In this document: positions 29,725 through 39,292 of the stretch, piece by piece
Layout: each line of letters starts with the position of its first letter
How positions within the stretch are numbered: the first letter of the stretch is position 1
Assembly: GCA_002435305.1 (NCBI GenBank)
Contig: DJMH01000036.1
Location: 86,750-143,545, forward strand
DNA length: 56,796 nucleotides
DNA from: Dehalococcoidia bacterium UBA6495
GTDB lineage: Bacteria > Chloroflexota > Dehalococcoidia > Lucifugimonadales > UBA826
Reading direction: 5' to 3'
Notes under the pieces: generated by a model
Databases searched by the model: none
What the model was told of the DNA's origin: nothing
What the model saw: the letters and a program-made list of their open reading frames with translations, nothing else
Translations under genes and position numbers: made by a program

Positions 29725-31785
29725 CTAAGTGGCCTGAGCTTCCACGACTGACTCAGGAGCCTCCAAATATTTTTCAAATTCCATAGAATATCCAGCCCTT
29801 CCTTGAGTGATAGAGCGTAAATCATTTGCGTATCCAAAACTCTCGGCCAATGGAAGAGATGCTTTAACTATTTGAGTGTCCCCTTGGGCATCAATACTCT
29901 CCACTCCAGCCCTTCTCCTACCCAGATCTCCGATTACTTCTCCCAAGTAATCTTCAGGGGTAACAACTTCCAGTTTCATCACAGGCTCCAGAACGACAGG
30001 GCTGCATCTGTCAATAGCTGTCCTTGTGGCCATTGAGCCAGCAATTTCAAATGAAACTTTGGAGGAATCAACGTCGTGGTAAGTACCATCAATAAGCCTA
30101 ACCAGAAGATCAATTACCGGAAATCCTGACTTAGGCCCATTTTTCAATGCACCTCGGACACCATCCTCCACTGAAGATATAAATTCGATCGGAATAGACC
30201 CCCCTCTGATACGGTTTTCAAACTGTACCCCCTCACCTCTTTTCAGTGGTTCCATCTCTATTATGACGTGGCCGTATTGGCCATGACCTCCAGATTGCCT
30301 TATAAATTTGCCTTCGGCGGTTGTTGTTTTTCTAATAGTCTCTCTGAATGCAACTCTTGGTTTTCCAACGTTGGCTTCAATTTTAAATTCTCTCTTCATA
30401 CGTTCGGTCAGAATTTCCAGGTGCAATTCACCCATACCGGACATAACAGTCTGACCGGTTTCATCATTATAATTAATTGTGAAAGTAGGATCTTCATCAG
30501 ACAATTTGACCAATGCATCAGACAACTTATCTTGATCTACTCTAGCTTTGGGTTCAATTGCAACGGATACAACTGGATCTGGAAATTCAATCTTTTCCAG
30601 TAAAATTGGGTCTTGTATCGAACTGATGGTCTCGCCGGTGGTGGTATCCTTTAGACCAATTGCCGCAGCAATTTCCCCTGCAAAAACCTCCTCGACGTCT
30701 TCCCTTTGGTCTGCGTGCATTTTAACTATTCTGCCGAGTCTTTCCCTGTCTCCTGTCACAGTATTCAAAACACTGGTCCCTGACTTAGCTGAACCAGAGT
30801 AAACACGGAAATAAACAAGCCTACCGATAAAGGGGTCCGTCACAGTTTTAAAGGCAAGTGCCGCGAACGGTTCCTCGTTGCTGGCGTCTCTGGCGATCAC
30901 GTCATCAGTACCTGGCTTAACACCTTCAACTGGAGGAACATCCAAAGGTGAAGGTAAATATTCTCCTATTGCATCTAGCAAAGGCTGAACGCATTTGTTT
31001 TTTAAAGCAGTCCCACAAAGAACAGGAACAACCTTATTCGAAATGGTTACGGTCCGTATAGCTGCCTTAAGTTCTTCCTGCGAGATATCCTCTTCAAGAA
31101 GAAATTTTTCCAGGAGATTATCGTCTTGCTCCGCTATCTTCTCAATCATTTCTGATCGCCTAATCTCAAATTCTTCCATGAACTCATCGGGGACTCCACC
31201 TTCAGTCATGTTCCCCTCTTCATCGAATGTAAAAGATCTACCTTCTACCAGATCAATCACCCCATAGAATTGATCCTCACTCCCCATAGGTATCTGTATT
31301 GGAACAGGGTTTGCCTTTAGCCTCTGCACTATGGTGTCTATCGCGTGGTAGTAATCACCGCCCACCTTATCCATTTTGTTTATAAAACAAATGCGAGGCA
31401 CCTGATATTTATCAGCTTGTCTCCACACAGTCTCGGACTGAGGTTGAACTCCGGCTACAGAATCAAACACAACAATACCACCGTCCAAAATTCTAAGGCT
31501 CCTCTCCACTTCAGCGGTAAAATCCACGTGCCCGGGGGTGTCAATAATATTCAACTCCCAATCTTTCCACTGGGTCGCTGTAGCGGCAGAAACTATGGTT
31601 ATTCCCCTCTCTCTTTCTTGGTCCATCCAGTCGGTAGCTGTGTTTCCATCATCAACGGTACCCAATTTATGGATGCGCCCGGTAAAATATAAAACTCTCT
31701 CTGACACAGTCGTTTTACCTGCGTCAATGTGGGCGATAAAACCAATATTTCTAGTTTGTTTTAGGGAATTCCGTGCCACTGTCAA
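29725..31785 (-). CDS. fusA: elongation factor G
   Basis: 686 aa. G1 AHIDAGKTT, G3 DTPGHVDF, G4 NKMD. Confidence 0.97.
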   Translation of the reverse strand: MTVARNSLKQTRNIGFIAHIDAGKTTVSERVLYFTGRIHKLGTVDDGNTATDWMDQERERGITIVSAATATQWKDWELNIIDTPGHVDFTAEVERSLRILDGGIVVFDSVAGVQPQSETVWRQADKYQVPRICFINKMDKVGGDYYHAIDTIVQRLKANPVPIQIPMGSEDQFYGVIDLVEGRSFTFDEEGNMTEGGVPDEFMEEFEIRRSEMIEKIAEQDDNLLEKFLLEEDISQEELKAAIRTVTISNKVVPVLCGTALKNKCVQPLLDAIGEYLPSPLDVPPVEGVKPGTDDVIARDASNEEPFAALAFKTVTDPFIGRLVYFRVYSGSAKSGTSVLNTVTGDRERLGRIVKMHADQREDVEEVFAGEIAAAIGLKDTTTGETISSIQDPILLEKIEFPDPVVSVAIEPKARVDQDKLSDALVKLSDEDPTFTINYNDETGQTVMSGMGELHLEILTERMKREFKIEANVGKPRVAFRETIRKTTTAEGKFIRQSGGHGQYGHVIIEMEPLKRGEGVQFENRIRGGSIPIEFISSVEDGVRGALKNGPKSGFPVIDLLVRLIDGTYHDVDSSKVSFEIAGSMATRTAIDRCSPVVLEPVMKLEVVTPEDYLGEVIGDLGRRRAGVESIDAQGDTQIVKASLPLAESFGYANDLRSITQGRAGYSMEFEKYLEAPESVVEAQAT

Positions 31786-31812
31786 TATCCTTCAATAGGG
31801 ATTACTAAATCA

Positions 31813-32283
31813 TCACCAGCGATAATGAGCAAAGGCCCTGTTGGCCTCTGCCATCCTGAAAACCTCTTCTTTACGCCTCACAGCTGCTCCCTGTCCCCTA
31901 GAAGCATCCAACAATTCGGCTGACAACTTCTCTGACATTCCCCTGCCTGACCTTTGCCTTGCACCCGTAACAAGCCACCTCATGGCTAAAGCCATACGCC
32001 GTGCCGGCCTAACTTCGGCGGGCACTTGGTAATTGGCTCCTCCAACTCTTCTAGAACGTACCTCAATCATAGGAGTGGCATTTCGAATTGCTTGCTCGAA
32101 AACCTCGAATCCGGATCTGCCTGCTTCTTGCTCTACGCTATCTATGGCAGAGTAAACAATTTTTTGGGCAACTGTTTTTTTACCATTGGACATAACATTA
32201 TTTATAAATTTGGCCAGATCGACACTATTATATTTAGGGTCCGGCAAAATCTTTCTTATTTCTGCTCTTCTTCTTCTCGCCAT
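31813..32283 (-). CDS. rpsG: 30S ribosomal protein uS7
   Basis: [18 protein letters not shown] and C-terminal FAHYRW. Confidence 0.97.
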   Translation of the reverse strand: MARRRRAEIRKILPDPKYNSVDLAKFINNVMSNGKKTVAQKIVYSAIDSVEQEAGRSGFEVFEQAIRNATPMIEVRSRRVGGANYQVPAEVRPARRMALAMRWLVTGARQRSGRGMSEKLSAELLDASRGQGAAVRRKEEVFRMAEANRAFAHYRW

Positions 32284-32335
32284 ATAACTTCTCTGAATTG
32301 ATACCTTAATTTACAACAAGCCATTATCTATTAAT

Positions 32336-32752
32336 TTAACTTTCTTCTATTCGAGTTCCGTATTTGCTACGACTTCTCTTTCGATCCTGAACCCCAGCTG
32401 TATCTAAAACCCCTCGCACAACGTGATACCGTACTCCTGGCAAATCTCGAACCTTACCGCCTCTTATTAAAACAACTGAGTGTTCCTGCAAATTATGTCC
32501 CTCACCCGGAATATAGGCGGTTACCTCCATTCCATTGGTCAGCCTGACACGAGCTACCTTCCTCAAGGCCGAATTAGGTTTCTTAGGTGTCTGAGTTCTG
32601 ACTTGGACACATACCCCACGTTTGTGTGGAGAGCGTGCCCCTCGGTTACCCTTATTCTTTAGAGTGTTCCAAGTAAGATCTAACGCAGGTGCCGTATTTT
32701 TCCGTACCTTCTTGCGCCTCTTCTTCCTTATGAGTTGGTTAACCGTAGGCAT
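32336..32752 (-). CDS. rpsL: 30S ribosomal protein uS12
   Basis: [10 protein letters not shown] and [16 protein letters not shown]. Confidence 0.97.
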   Translation of the reverse strand: MPTVNQLIRKKRRKKVRKNTAPALDLTWNTLKNKGNRGARSPHKRGVCVQVRTQTPKKPNSALRKVARVRLTNGMEVTAYIPGEGHNLQEHSVVLIRGGKVRDLPGVRYHVVRGVLDTAGVQDRKRSRSKYGTRIEES

Positions 32753-32822
32753 AAAAAATCCTGTTTTTTTGTCTCTTTTTTTGACCGAAATAAACCATCG
32801 CTTTTAGGGGCGACAAGGAATA

Positions 32823-32851
32823 ATTATAGCTATGGATAAAATGTGTGTCAA
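32823..32851 (-). promoter_or_regulatory. consensus sigma70-type promoter of the rpsL cluster
   Basis: The minus strand reads TTGACA (32851-32846), 17 nt (CACATTTTATCCATAGC), then TATAAT (32828-32823). It lies about 70 nt upstream of the rpsL ATG. Confidence 0.75.
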
Positions 32852-32941
32852 CGATTACAAAGTCTAAATCCACGAACAAATTAGAGGTTGATGTGCGTTA
32901 GCAAGCCAATACCAAATGACTTGAATCGGGTTTGTGCAAAA

Positions 32942-33451
32942 TCAGTTCCTAGTATTTAAACCTTTAGGAAGAGTAATCCTCATAGTTTTACTTCCCACAC
33001 ACACCTCACCCACCACTGAACTGATCGCTGGTATCAAAATATCTTTATCTATTGAGTTACTCACAACGTATACGTCATTAGCTCCTGTTTCTATAATCTC
33101 CTTCACGGTCCCCAATTCCGTGTTGTTTTCATCCAAAACTGCCATACCAATGATTTCATGATGGAAATAGCTGTTTTCTGAATTCAAGTTCCCAGATTCT
33201 TGAGAGTCAATCTTCAATTCACATCCCCGATATTTCTCAGCTGCCTCACGGCTATCAATACCATCTAGCTCTACAATCAGCCCCTTTTTGTCATTAAAAA
33301 CATTAACTATCTCCCTGGGCATATCATTGAGTTGCAGGGACTGGCCTTTTGAAAATCTCTCTGGGAAATCAGATAACGATTCAACTCGTAATTGACCTCG
33401 GAGACCTCGGACACCCCGTATTATTCCAACCGTAACTAAATCGTCATCCAT
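32942..33451 (-). CDS. rimM: 16S rRNA processing protein RimM
   Basis: 169 aa. VGIIRGVRGLRGQLRVE N-terminal barrel and PRC-barrel C-terminus. rpsP-KH-rimM context. Confidence 0.9.
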   Translation of the reverse strand: MDDDLVTVGIIRGVRGLRGQLRVESLSDFPERFSKGQSLQLNDMPREIVNVFNDKKGLIVELDGIDSREAAEKYRGCELKIDSQESGNLNSENSYFHHEIIGMAVLDENNTELGTVKEIIETGANDVYVVSNSIDKDILIPAISSVVGEVCVGSKTMRITLPKGLNTRN

Positions 33452-33534
33452 ATAAAACCAACCATGAATAATATGTTCCGAAGGTGTTATGACCTGATTC
33501 TACTGATCGCCAGGAAACATGGGATGTGAGGTGT

Positions 33535-33765
33535 TTACTCAATCTCCAGGCTGACATGAAATCCATTCTTAACAGCAGCTACCCGTAACAAACTTCTTAT
33601 CGATTGAGCAACTCTACCTTGTCGCCCAATCACTCGACCTTTGTCGTCGGGATGAACTTGCAATATATAGGTGATGTCTCCGTCATCTTTCTCGCTTGAG
33701 GAAACTACAACGTCATCTGGATAAGACACGATAGCTTTAGCTATGTACTCTATAAGTTCTTTCAT
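33535..33765 (-). CDS. KH-domain RNA-binding protein (YlqC/UPF0109 type)
   Basis: 76 aa. GRVIGRQGRVAQSIRSLL. Conserved position between rpsP and rimM. Confidence 0.88.
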   Translation of the reverse strand: MKELIEYIAKAIVSYPDDVVVSSSEKDDGDITYILQVHPDDKGRVIGRQGRVAQSIRSLLRVAAVKNGFHVSLEIE

Positions 33766-33809
33766 ATTAGCTGAGATTGGAAATACAATTAAATTTCATT
33801 TGAGGAAAT

Positions 33810-34079
33810 TTACACTTCTTCCCCGTCTTCAGAGTCTCCACCGTCAATTGAAACTTTTTCTATTATTCTCTTTACGGCATCAGAGGGCTGGGCTCCCTGA
33901 CTAATCCATTTTTGTGCCTTTTCAATATCCATGACCATTTCCGGAGGGTCAAAGCGGGGATTATAGTGCCCTAGGTATTCAACAAAGCGCCCATCTCTCG
34001 GCTTGCGAGAATCTGCCACAACTATTCGATAGCTTGGTTGGTTCTTAGAGCCTGTCCTTCTAAGCCTAATTCTAAGCAT
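33810..34079 (-). CDS. rpsP: 30S ribosomal protein bS16
   Basis: MLRIRLRRTGSKNQPSYRIVVADSR. Confidence 0.96.
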   Translation of the reverse strand: MLRIRLRRTGSKNQPSYRIVVADSRKPRDGRFVEYLGHYNPRFDPPEMVMDIEKAQKWISQGAQPSDAVKRIIEKVSIDGGDSEDGEEV

Positions 34080-34084
34080 GACAG

Positions 34085-34348
34085 TTACTCCTGAATATTC
34101 TTAGCGTCGTTGAGATGCTTGATAAGTCTTGATTTCTTTCTGGACACTGTATTTCTGTGCATCGCACCCTTTCCAGCAGCTTTATCCAAGGCCACTACTG
34201 CCCCTTTTGCCGCTACTTCAGCACCCTCTATGTCCCCGTCAACAATCAACTTCCGCGTCCTTGTAACCAAATTTCTGGCCCGTGATTTTAAGGGTTGGTT
34301 GATACTTTTCCTTCTTTCACTAACCCTAAAAGCTTTTGCGCTTGGCAC
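34085..34348 (-). CDS. rpsT: 30S ribosomal protein bS20
   Basis: 87 aa basic helical protein. KGAMHRNTVSRKKSRL. Confidence 0.92.
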   Translation of the reverse strand: MPSAKAFRVSERRKSINQPLKSRARNLVTRTRKLIVDGDIEGAEVAAKGAVVALDKAAGKGAMHRNTVSRKKSRLIKHLNDAKNIQE

Positions 34349-34381
34349 TTTACTCGAATCTCCTAATGCATTTTCTAAAAA

Positions 34382-36604
34382 CTAATTTTCAATATCATTT
34401 TGGGAATCAATATTCCTCAACCGGGTAACCCCATCAACTCCAATCACAGCCTCTAATTTCGTGTACAAATGTCCCAGTTGATCGATACCATTTGTATATA
34501 CCGTCAGCGAAATGACGCACCTATCATCGTACTCTTCAGAATTAATATTGGCAATATTAATTCGTTCGTTAGAGACCACTGATGTAACGTCTCCTAACAA
34601 TCCAACGCGGTCCCAACAATCCAATTGAATTCTTACCGGATATAACGTCCTAGATTCTCCCCAATCTACTGCTACTATCCGTTCCAACTCATCTTCAGAG
34701 GTTATGTTTGGACACGATTTCCTGTGTACGGTGACACCTCGTCCCCTCGTAATAAACCCTGTGATTTCATCCCCCATTATTGGATTACAACATCTAGCAA
34801 TGTTGGTTAGAAGATCTCCGACCCCAAGAACCTGAACTCCTGAAGCTGGTCCTGTTTTAGGTGGTGTCGAGCGAATCAGTTCATCAGGAAGCTCAGACTC
34901 CAACGATATCCTAGATATCAATTTGGCTGTTGATAATGAACCGCCGCCCAAATCGGCGAACATATCATCAACAGTTTTGTACCTAAACATTCCCACAACT
35001 ATTTCCGGGGTGACATTCAAACCTAATCTTGCCAATTGTTTCTGGAATACTTCCTTCCCACGTTCTATATTTGTTTGACGCTCCTGTCGGTTAAACCATT
35101 GGCGCATCTTGGCTCGTGCTGAAGAAGTTTTGGCATATCCCAGACTAGGGTTAATCCAATCTAGACTTGGTCCTCTAGTAACCTTACTGGTCATTATCTG
35201 GATAGTGTCACCGTTTTGTACATGATAATTCAAAGCCACCAATTTGCCATTCACCTTCGCTCCAACACAACCATGCCCAATATCCGTATGAATTCTGTAA
35301 GCAAAATCAAGTGGGGTAGAACCGGTGGGAAGTTCTATGACCTCTCCGTTAGGTGTATAAACAAAAACCTGATTCTGAAAAATATCCGTTTTGAAAGATT
35401 CTACAAATTCTACTGCTCCACTCACATCACGTTGCCATTCTAAAAGTTGTCGCAACCAAGTCATTTTCTCTTCAAACTGAACATCAAGTTCCCCGGTTTC
35501 TTTGTAGAGCCAGTGGGCTGCCACCCCATATTCGGCTACCTGATGCATATCATGAGTTCGAATTTGAATTTCCACTGGGGATGATTCTTCACACAAAACG
35601 GCAGTGTGGAGCGACTGGTAAAGATTGTCTTTAGGATTGGCTATATAGTCATCGAACTGTCCCGGCAAGGGCCTCCATTTAGTATGCATTACTCCAAGAG
35701 TGCCGTAACAATCTTTCACTTCATTTACCAGGATACGTACAGCAAAAAGATCATATATTTCACTGACCTCTCTGTTGGATTCATGATACCTTTCTGACTT
35801 CTTGTGAATGCTATATATGTGTTTAGGCCTTCCATATATATCTGCCGCTATGCCAGCTTTGTCGAGTTCAGATTTTACTATTTCTACAACTTTGGAAATA
35901 TACTCCTCCCGCTTACCACGCTTGGAATTCAACCGAAGGGAGATTTGCTTATATGCATCAGGATCTATTTGCTGGAAAGATAAATCCTCAAGCATCCATT
36001 TTATTTCCCAAATGCCCAACCTGTGAGCCAGGGGGGCATATATTTCCAAAGTCTCCTTGGCCATTGCCTCTCGTCGAATTTGAGGTAGTGACCCAACAGT
36101 TCGCATGTTATGTAGCCTGTCGGCTAGCTTGATTAAAACCACCCTCACATCCTCCGCCATTGCCATAAGCATTTTTCTCAGCGTTTCTGCTTGAGCAATG
36201 TCCTCTAATGAAGTCTCCTCAAAAGCACCCTGGGATCCAGGCAAAAACTGGGAATCTCCCATTACCTCCGTCTTGGTAAGCTTTGTAACTCCATCCACTA
36301 ATCCTGCGACGTCGCTCCCAAATTCCATGGAAAGTTCAGCAAACGTTACATCACAGTCTTCCAAAACATCGTGAAGAAGAGCGGCGGAGAGAGCGTTTGC
36401 ATCCAAGCGAAGATCAGCCAAAAAAAGGGCCGTCTGTTTTGGATGTTCGAAAAATTCCTCTCCAGAAAGTCGGCTCTGACCAGCGTGCGCTTTTTCAGCA
36501 AAAGCATAGGCTTTAGCAACTAACTCTACCTTGTCAGAAGCAAGGTAATGCCCCATTTTTTCATATAAGGCATCATCGACAATTACATTCCCAACATTAA
36601 CCAT
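34382..36604 (-). CDS. relA: bifunctional (p)ppGpp synthetase/hydrolase (RelA/SpoT homolog)
   Basis: 740 aa. HD hydrolase (HDVLED, HRLHNMRT), synthetase domain, TGS and C-terminal ACT, in the canonical order. Confidence 0.95.
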   Translation of the reverse strand: MVNVGNVIVDDALYEKMGHYLASDKVELVAKAYAFAEKAHAGQSRLSGEEFFEHPKQTALFLADLRLDANALSAALLHDVLEDCDVTFAELSMEFGSDVAGLVDGVTKLTKTEVMGDSQFLPGSQGAFEETSLEDIAQAETLRKMLMAMAEDVRVVLIKLADRLHNMRTVGSLPQIRREAMAKETLEIYAPLAHRLGIWEIKWMLEDLSFQQIDPDAYKQISLRLNSKRGKREEYISKVVEIVKSELDKAGIAADIYGRPKHIYSIHKKSERYHESNREVSEIYDLFAVRILVNEVKDCYGTLGVMHTKWRPLPGQFDDYIANPKDNLYQSLHTAVLCEESSPVEIQIRTHDMHQVAEYGVAAHWLYKETGELDVQFEEKMTWLRQLLEWQRDVSGAVEFVESFKTDIFQNQVFVYTPNGEVIELPTGSTPLDFAYRIHTDIGHGCVGAKVNGKLVALNYHVQNGDTIQIMTSKVTRGPSLDWINPSLGYAKTSSARAKMRQWFNRQERQTNIERGKEVFQKQLARLGLNVTPEIVVGMFRYKTVDDMFADLGGGSLSTAKLISRISLESELPDELIRSTPPKTGPASGVQVLGVGDLLTNIARCCNPIMGDEITGFITRGRGVTVHRKSCPNITSEDELERIVAVDWGESRTLYPVRIQLDCWDRVGLLGDVTSVVSNERINIANINSEEYDDRCVISLTVYTNGIDQLGHLYTKLEAVIGVDGVTRLRNIDSQNDIEN

Positions 36605-36713
36605 GGAGCGAAACTCTCCAAACTATTGGTCACCAAACAAACCAAGACATCACTTGGCTTGCACCTCTCATTCCTCATTTGTTTCTACTAGGACATATTT
36701 TGAAAGTTGGCAA

Positions 36714-36742
36714 ATTATATCGCAACTTGAGCAGTATGACGA
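36714..36742 (-). promoter_or_regulatory. candidate promoter for relA
   Basis: Minus strand reads TCGTCA, 17 nt, TATAAT (-10 at 36719-36714), about 110 nt upstream of the relA ATG. The -35 matches 4 of 6 positions. Confidence 0.35.
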
Positions 36743-36803
36743 AGCCACTCTGATCTTAATTTTTAATATAAAATGGTTGGGTTCCAAAATAGAGGGAGAT
36801 GAA

Positions 36804-38078
36804 ATGGAATTCCAAGCCCCACGAGGTACCACTGATGTATTACCAGATGATCAAAGATATTGGCGCTACGTAGAAAACACCGCTTCACAGGTTGCTGAAA
36901 GCTTCGGATATAGAAGAATTGATACACCTGTTTTTGAAGATACCAATCTGTATATTAGAAGCATTGGTGATTCAACAGACATAGTGGAAAAGGAAACCTA
37001 CACCTTTAGTGATAGAGGAGGGGATTCACTAACCCTTAGACCGGAGGGTACAGCTTCTGTTTGTCGAGCCTACATTCAACACGGTATGCATAACATGCCC
37101 CAACCAGTGAGACTTTTCTATCTTTGTCCAAATTTCAGATACGAAAGGCCTCAGGCCGGCAGGTTCAGAGCCTTTCACCAATTTGGCATAGAGGCCTTTG
37201 GCGAATCAGATCCCTATATTGATGCCGAAGTTATAGAAGTTTCTTGGAGATTTCTAACAAGTGTAGGCATCGATGATATTTCTCTAAGGATCAACAGCAT
37301 TGGCGACTCGAACTGCAGACCAAAATACGTTGATGCTTTGCAAACCTACTATCAAAATTATTCCCAATCTCTCTGTCCCGATTGTGTAAGGCGATTGGAG
37401 ACCAATCCTCTTCGTCTTTTGGATTGCAAAATTGAATCTTGCCAACCAGTGATTCAATCTGCTCCGAAAAGTACCGAATATCTTTGCCTTCCGTGCAATG
37501 CTCACTGGGTCCAGCTCCAAGAATATTTAGAAACCACTGGAATTGGATACGAAATTGACAACACCCTTGTCCGAGGCCTGGATTATTATTCAAGAACTGT
37601 TTACGAAATAACCCCTCCAACAGAAAGAAGGACCAATGTTATAGCCGGAGGAGGTCGCTATGATGGTCTGCTAGAACAATTGGGAGGTCCAGCAACGCCT
37701 GGCATAGGTTTTGGAATGGGAATAGAGCGAGTGATCGAAAACATTAAAAGGCTTGAAATAGATATCGCATCTAATCCCAAACTAAGCATTATGTTTGCAC
37801 ACATCGGAGAAGGAGCTAAAAAAGAAGCCATTAGCCTATCATCTCAAATAAGACGATTAGGAAAAGAATCTTTTGTCGGCCCTTCAAGGGGATTAAGAAG
37901 TCAAATGCGATATGCATCTCACATGAATTCATCCCACGTAATAATCATTGGTGATGATGAACTATCTACGGGTTTATACACTCTGAGAGATTTGAGCAAA
38001 GGTGATCAAACCGAAATTACTGCGGATGGAATTTTAAATTTTGTTAAAACCCATGACATTGGCCAGAAGGTAGATTAA
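36804..38078 (+). CDS. hisS: histidine--tRNA ligase
   Basis: MEFQAPRGTTDVLP N-terminus, motif 2 FRYERPQAGRFRAFHQ, motif 3 GGGRYDGL. ATG 36804 is preceded by GGGAG. The 67-codon track extension from 36603 lacks homology. Confidence 0.95.
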   Translation: MEFQAPRGTTDVLPDDQRYWRYVENTASQVAESFGYRRIDTPVFEDTNLYIRSIGDSTDIVEKETYTFSDRGGDSLTLRPEGTASVCRAYIQHGMHNMPQPVRLFYLCPNFRYERPQAGRFRAFHQFGIEAFGESDPYIDAEVIEVSWRFLTSVGIDDISLRINSIGDSNCRPKYVDALQTYYQNYSQSLCPDCVRRLETNPLRLLDCKIESCQPVIQSAPKSTEYLCLPCNAHWVQLQEYLETTGIGYEIDNTLVRGLDYYSRTVYEITPPTERRTNVIAGGGRYDGLLEQLGGPATPGIGFGMGIERVIENIKRLEIDIASNPKLSIMFAHIGEGAKKEAISLSSQIRRLGKESFVGPSRGLRSQMRYASHMNSSHVIIIGDDELSTGLYTLRDLSKGDQTEITADGILNFVKTHDIGQKVD

Positions 38079-39275
38079 ATGCTTCAAAACGAAAACTCAA
38101 TCTTCGAAATGATTTCACAAGCTCAGGAATACATGCAAGAAAACGAAATTGATGGCTGGCTCCTCTATGACTACAGGGGAATGAATCCCATTTTGTGGGA
38201 CGCCATTGGTTACATATCAAATGTAACTAGACCATGCTGGCTATGGATACCTGCAAATTCTGATCCTAAATTCATTGTAAGTTTTGTAGATCAAAATAGG
38301 TTTGAACATTTAGGAATAAAAACGGAATTCTGGGTAAGCCGGGAACAAATGATTGACTCCTTGAAATCTCACCTACCTCAACACGGAAAAGTTGCTATGG
38401 AATACTCACCAATGGGAGTTTTACCTAGAGTCACAAAAATTGATGGCGGCACCTTAGAGCTAGTTCGAAGTCTGGGGGTTGAAGTTGTTACATCGGCTAA
38501 TTTAATTCAATACGCTACACAGAGATGGTCTGACAAAGAGCTGGATTCGCATTTAAAGGCCTCTGAAATTTTGACCACTACAGTTAAAGAAGCATTCAAC
38601 TTCATTAGTGAAAACTTAGATACTAACCTAACGGAATTTGAGGTTGCTGAATTTATACGAAATCGGTTCACAGAAAGTAATCTTATAACTCCCGATGGCC
38701 CAGTCGTAGCTATAAACAACCATGCAACGGACCCTCACTTTGAGCCCACAGAAACTAATTCTTCAACAATGAGTAAGGGAGATTGGGTCTTAATTGACTT
38801 ATGGGGAAGAATAGGAGATGAACCCTCTGTTTGTGCCGATATAACCTGGACAGCATTCATAGGTGACGAGGTACCGAAAAAGCATCTAGAAGTATTTAAC
38901 ACCGTCATAGGCGGTCGCGATGCTGCAGTTACTCTGCTAGAAAAAGCCTATCATGAGGGAAGAGAGTTACAGGGTTGGGAAGTTGATGCTGAAGCTAGAA
39001 GGTACATAGATAACATGGGATACGGCAAATATTTCAGTCATAGATTAGGACATAGTCTGGGCAGAGAGGCACATGGGAATGCCGTCAACCTAGATGGATG
39101 GGAAACCATCGACACCCGCACTATAAGCCCAAAAATCGGATTTACGATAGAACCTGGCATATACATACCTGGGGAATTTGGAGTCAGGTCTGAAATCGAT
39201 TTGTTCTATTATGAAACTGGGCCCACAGTCACTACTGAAAGACAAACGTCACCATATATAATTCAGGTATCATGA
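38079..39275 (+). CDS. M24-family Xaa-Pro aminopeptidase/dipeptidase-like protein
   Basis: 398 aa. Pita-bread-fold ligand contexts IDLWG, HRLGHSLG, EPGIY and SEID. ATG follows immediately after the hisS stop. Confidence 0.82.
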   Translation: MLQNENSIFEMISQAQEYMQENEIDGWLLYDYRGMNPILWDAIGYISNVTRPCWLWIPANSDPKFIVSFVDQNRFEHLGIKTEFWVSREQMIDSLKSHLPQHGKVAMEYSPMGVLPRVTKIDGGTLELVRSLGVEVVTSANLIQYATQRWSDKELDSHLKASEILTTTVKEAFNFISENLDTNLTEFEVAEFIRNRFTESNLITPDGPVVAINNHATDPHFEPTETNSSTMSKGDWVLIDLWGRIGDEPSVCADITWTAFIGDEVPKKHLEVFNTVIGGRDAAVTLLEKAYHEGRELQGWEVDAEARRYIDNMGYGKYFSHRLGHSLGREAHGNAVNLDGWETIDTRTISPKIGFTIEPGIYIPGEFGVRSEIDLFYYETGPTVTTERQTSPYIIQVS

Positions 39276-39292
39276 AATCATATTACTTGATT

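Noticed and set aside
36603-36803. A 67-codon N-terminal extension of the hisS ORF, starting at the ATG that overlaps the relA start codon.
   Set aside because: The extension has no similarity to HisRS. The canonical N-terminus MEFQAPRGTTDVLP begins at ATG 36804, which has a GGGAG ribosome-binding site. The extension is just the open frame of the divergent intergenic region.
36605-36803. Possible T-box leader upstream of hisS.
   Set aside because: I looked for the conserved T-box sequence (AAnnnGGGUGGnACCGCG) and a specifier or terminator arrangement. The closest string, AAAATGGTTGGGTTCC, does not fit, and no terminator hairpin follows.
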